From Dehalococcoidales bacterium (GTDB lineage Bacteria; Chloroflexota; Dehalococcoidia; Dehalococcoidales; JAUXAE01), in assembly GCA_030620035.1 (NCBI GenBank), contig JAUXAE010000001.1, positions 1 through 28,168 of the forward strand: a stretch of DNA of 28,168 nt, given 5' to 3'. The notes under the pieces are model-generated. The model was not told the DNA's origin. It worked only from the letters and a program-made list of their open reading frames with translations, and ran no database searches. Positions 25,844 to 28,168 of this stretch are shown here, in pieces; position 1 is the first letter of the stretch; each line of letters starts with the position of its first letter. Made by a program: the position numbers and the translations under genes.

Positions 25844-27018
25844 TGGCATTGAATGATTCTTGCCTTGAAGAAAATCTGGGGCCGAAGCCCCTTCTGGACC
25901 CGACCAGGCAGCAGAAGGCCAAGGAATACGCCAGGCTCAAGCGCCGCCTTTCTCTGGCTGAGCTGGCCCTGGCCGGCAGTCTATTACTGTTGGTTATCCT
26001 AAGCGGCCTGTCCGCCAGGCTGGTCGGGCTGATTTCTCTGCCCCCGGTGCCGGCGGCGGCGGCGGCCTACTTTATCGGGCTGATGCTGGCCTATGGGCTG
26101 CTGACGGCACCATTAAGCTACTATGGTGGTTTTGTCCTGCCCAGGCGCTACGGACTGTCAACCCAAAAGCTTAGCGGCTGGCTGGGTGACACCCTAAAGG
26201 CGGCCGCCCTGGGCCTGGTGCTGGGGGTGGCTGTTGTGGCCGCTGTCTACTGGTTCTTAGGCGGCTGGCCGCAGCTCTGGTGGCTGTTCACCTGGGGCCT
26301 GGTGATACTGTTGAGTCTGGCACTGACTATCCTGGCACCGGTGGTCATTGTGCCGCTTTTCTACAAGATGGAGCCTCTTAGAGATAAAGGCCTGAAAGAG
26401 AGGCTAAAGAACTTGGCCGGCAAGGCTAAAGCTAGCATCAGCAATGTCTATACTTTAGAATTCAGCAGTAAAGGCACCGCCGCCAACGCCGCTCTTATGG
26501 GCGTCGGGAAAACTAGGCGGATAGTTCTGAGTGATACCCTGCTGGATAAATATTCCCCTGAGGAGATAGAAGTTATCATGGCCCACGAGCTGGGGCACCA
26601 TAGAAATAGGGATTTTATGCGCATATTCCTTTATCAGGCGATTATTCTTTTTGTATCTTTTTGGCTGACACACATTATCGCCAAAGCAACTGTACCGCCG
26701 CTTGGCTTTAGCGGCATTGATGATGTTGCGGCGTTACCTCTACTGGTCTTGGTATTTGCTGGTTTGAGTTCGCTGATTATGCCTCTTTCTAACACCTATG
26801 TAAGAAGCCGCGAACGGGCTGCTGATGATTTCGCACTGCGTTTGACCGGGAATCCACAGGCCTTTATTACTATGATGACCAAGCTGACCGACCAGAATCT
26901 GGCTGAGGCCAGGCCCAGCCGCTGGATTGAGCGTCTGCTCTATGACCACCCGAGCTATGCCAGTCGGCTGGCCTATGCCAGTTCTATTTCAGCCCACAAG
27001 TCTAACCAGGGGGGATAA
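25843..27018 (+). CDS. M48 family (Ste24/HtpX-like) membrane zinc metalloprotease
   Basis: N-terminal TMs, ANAALMG.G..RRIVLSDTLL, HELGH (HExxH), E..AD.FA and HP....R. TGATG coupling with the upstream gene. Confidence 0.93.
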   Translation: MALNDSCLEENLGPKPLLDPTRQQKAKEYARLKRRLSLAELALAGSLLLLVILSGLSARLVGLISLPPVPAAAAAYFIGLMLAYGLLTAPLSYYGGFVLPRRYGLSTQKLSGWLGDTLKAAALGLVLGVAVVAAVYWFLGGWPQLWWLFTWGLVILLSLALTILAPVVIVPLFYKMEPLRDKGLKERLKNLAGKAKASISNVYTLEFSSKGTAANAALMGVGKTRRIVLSDTLLDKYSPEEIEVIMAHELGHHRNRDFMRIFLYQAIILFVSFWLTHIIAKATVPPLGFSGIDDVAALPLLVLVFAGLSSLIMPLSNTYVRSRERAADDFALRLTGNPQAFITMMTKLTDQNLAEARPSRWIERLLYDHPSYASRLAYASSISAHKSNQGG

Positions 27019-27020
27019 GA

Positions 27021-27617
27021 TTGGTAAAAATTATTTTGGTAAGGCACGCTGAGACAGACTGGAATCAGGTAAGACGTATTCAGGGGGGCGGCAGCAACAC
27101 CCCGCTGAATGAAAGGGGCCTTAAGCAGGCCGAGAGCCTGGCCCGAAGACTCCAGACAGAGAGGCTTCAGGCTATCTATTCCAGCCCACTGGAACGGGCC
27201 CTGGTTACCGCCCGGGCCATCGCCGGCTACCATAAGCTGGAGGTGGCTGCTGAGCCGTCATTGAGGGAGATTGAGGCCGGTGAGCTTGAGGGGGTCACCG
27301 TGGCCGAGATAGGCAAGCACTTCAGCCAGATTCTAACGGCGGGCGGTCAGGGCGAGCCCTGGCCCAGGATACCCGGCGGCGAATCACTGCCCGAGGTGCG
27401 GGAGAGGGCATGGCGTACTATCCAGCGCCTGGTCACTAAGCACCCGGAGGGGACGCTGGCGGTGGTCAGTCACTACTTTGTTATCCTGACCATTATCTGT
27501 TCCGTGCTTGACCTGCCCCTGTCTCACATCGGCAGGTTTCGCTTGGGCACCGGCAGCATCAGCGTTGTTGAATTCAGCGACCAGGTGGCCCGCTTACTGG
27601 TCTTCAATGAGAGCTGA
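27021..27617 (+). CDS. Histidine phosphatase family protein (GpmB/CobC-like)
   Basis: LVRHAETDWN, YSSPL.RA..TA, LRE...G.LEG, PGGES and VVSH. TTG start. Confidence 0.92.
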   Translation: MVKIILVRHAETDWNQVRRIQGGGSNTPLNERGLKQAESLARRLQTERLQAIYSSPLERALVTARAIAGYHKLEVAAEPSLREIEAGELEGVTVAEIGKHFSQILTAGGQGEPWPRIPGGESLPEVRERAWRTIQRLVTKHPEGTLAVVSHYFVILTIICSVLDLPLSHIGRFRLGTGSISVVEFSDQVARLLVFNES

Positions 27618-27645
27618 TAGCGGCTGGATAATTAGGCCGGCAGTA

Positions 27646-27674
27646 TTGCCTCAAGCATTTCAGCCAACTATAAT
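27646..27674 (+). promoter_or_regulatory. tilS promoter
   Basis: TTGCCT (27646-27651), 17 bp, TATAAT (27669-27674); ATG 10 nt later. Confidence 0.7.
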
Positions 27675-27684
27675 GACACTTAAG

Positions 27685-28168
27685 ATGTCAGGAGAAAGGC
27701 CCCTTACCCTAGAACAGCGGGTTAAAGACTTTATCCGGGAGCATAATCTGGTAGCAAGCGGGCAGTGCCTGCTCGTGGCCGTCTCCGGCGGTCCCGATTC
27801 GGTCTGCCTGCTCCAGGTGCTGCTTAGGCTCAAAGACGAGCTAGGCATCAGGCTCCATGTGGCCCACCTTGACCACCAACTAAGGGGGGCTGAATCTGAA
27901 GCCGATGCCAATTATGTGGCCCATTTGACTGAGCGGCTGGGTGTTCCGGTGACTATTGACCGGCGTGATGTCAGGGCCTATAAGGCCCGGCGGCATATCT
28001 CGTTAGAAGAGGCGGCTAGGGAGGTGCGCTACCGCTTTTTGGCTGATACCGCGGCCACTATCGGCGCCAACCGGCTGGCCGTCGGTCACACCCTTGATGA
28101 CCATGTTGAGACCATCCTGATGCACCTGGTGAGGGGCAGTGGTACCAGGGGCTTAAGAGGTCTTAAAC
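27685..28168 (+). CDS. tilS: tRNA(Ile)-lysidine synthetase, 5' part (runs off the window)
   Basis: MSGERPLTLEQRVKDFIREHNL...LLVAVSGGPDS..LL..L...AHLDHQLRG.ES..D...EEAAREVRY.F...GHTLDDHVETILMHLVRGSG. Not in the ORF track because it has no stop within the window. Confidence 0.96.
   Translation, partial: MSGERPLTLEQRVKDFIREHNLVASGQCLLVAVSGGPDSVCLLQVLLRLKDELGIRLHVAHLDHQLRGAESEADANYVAHLTERLGVPVTIDRRDVRAYKARRHISLEEAAREVRYRFLADTAATIGANRLAVGHTLDDHVETILMHLVRGSGTRGLRGLK

Noticed and set aside
26046-26070. GCG/CCG microsatellite-like run in the M48 gene
   Set aside because: It encodes VPAAAAA in frame within a TM segment; not evidence of phase variation.

Overview
Chromosomal segment of a moderately GC-rich anaerobic bacterium. 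The gene set and order (stand-alone hypABFCDE operon, long-form HPF after comF, Ctc-type L25, CIRCE-controlled groESL) suggest Chloroflexota/Dehalococcoidia; this is inference. Most of it is housekeeping: ogt, hpf, comF, thpR, an amidohydrolase, an ABC-2 exporter, rplY, plsY, five tRNAs, hypA-B-F-C-D-E, an M16 peptidase, groES/groEL, a macro-domain protein, tsaD, a corC-TIGR03936-M48-histidine phosphatase operon, and partial tilS. No CRISPR array, integrase, transposase or rRNA was seen. Two real small genes are missing from the ORF track: a 58-aa membrane protein (1067-1243, -) and a 46-aa basic Cys4 DUF5679-type protein (10066-10206, +). The most interesting part is 7755-10732. It is bracketed by two homologous promoter/operator-like sites with identical internal spacing. 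It holds an orphan internally duplicated CARF-like/Rossmann protein, the DUF5679 gene with near-consensus expression signals and a two-state RNA structure behind it, and an HTH-coiled-coil-amphipathic-helix (RacA-like) protein. An AT-rich orphan membrane-protein gene also splits the tRNA Gly-Cys-Leu run.
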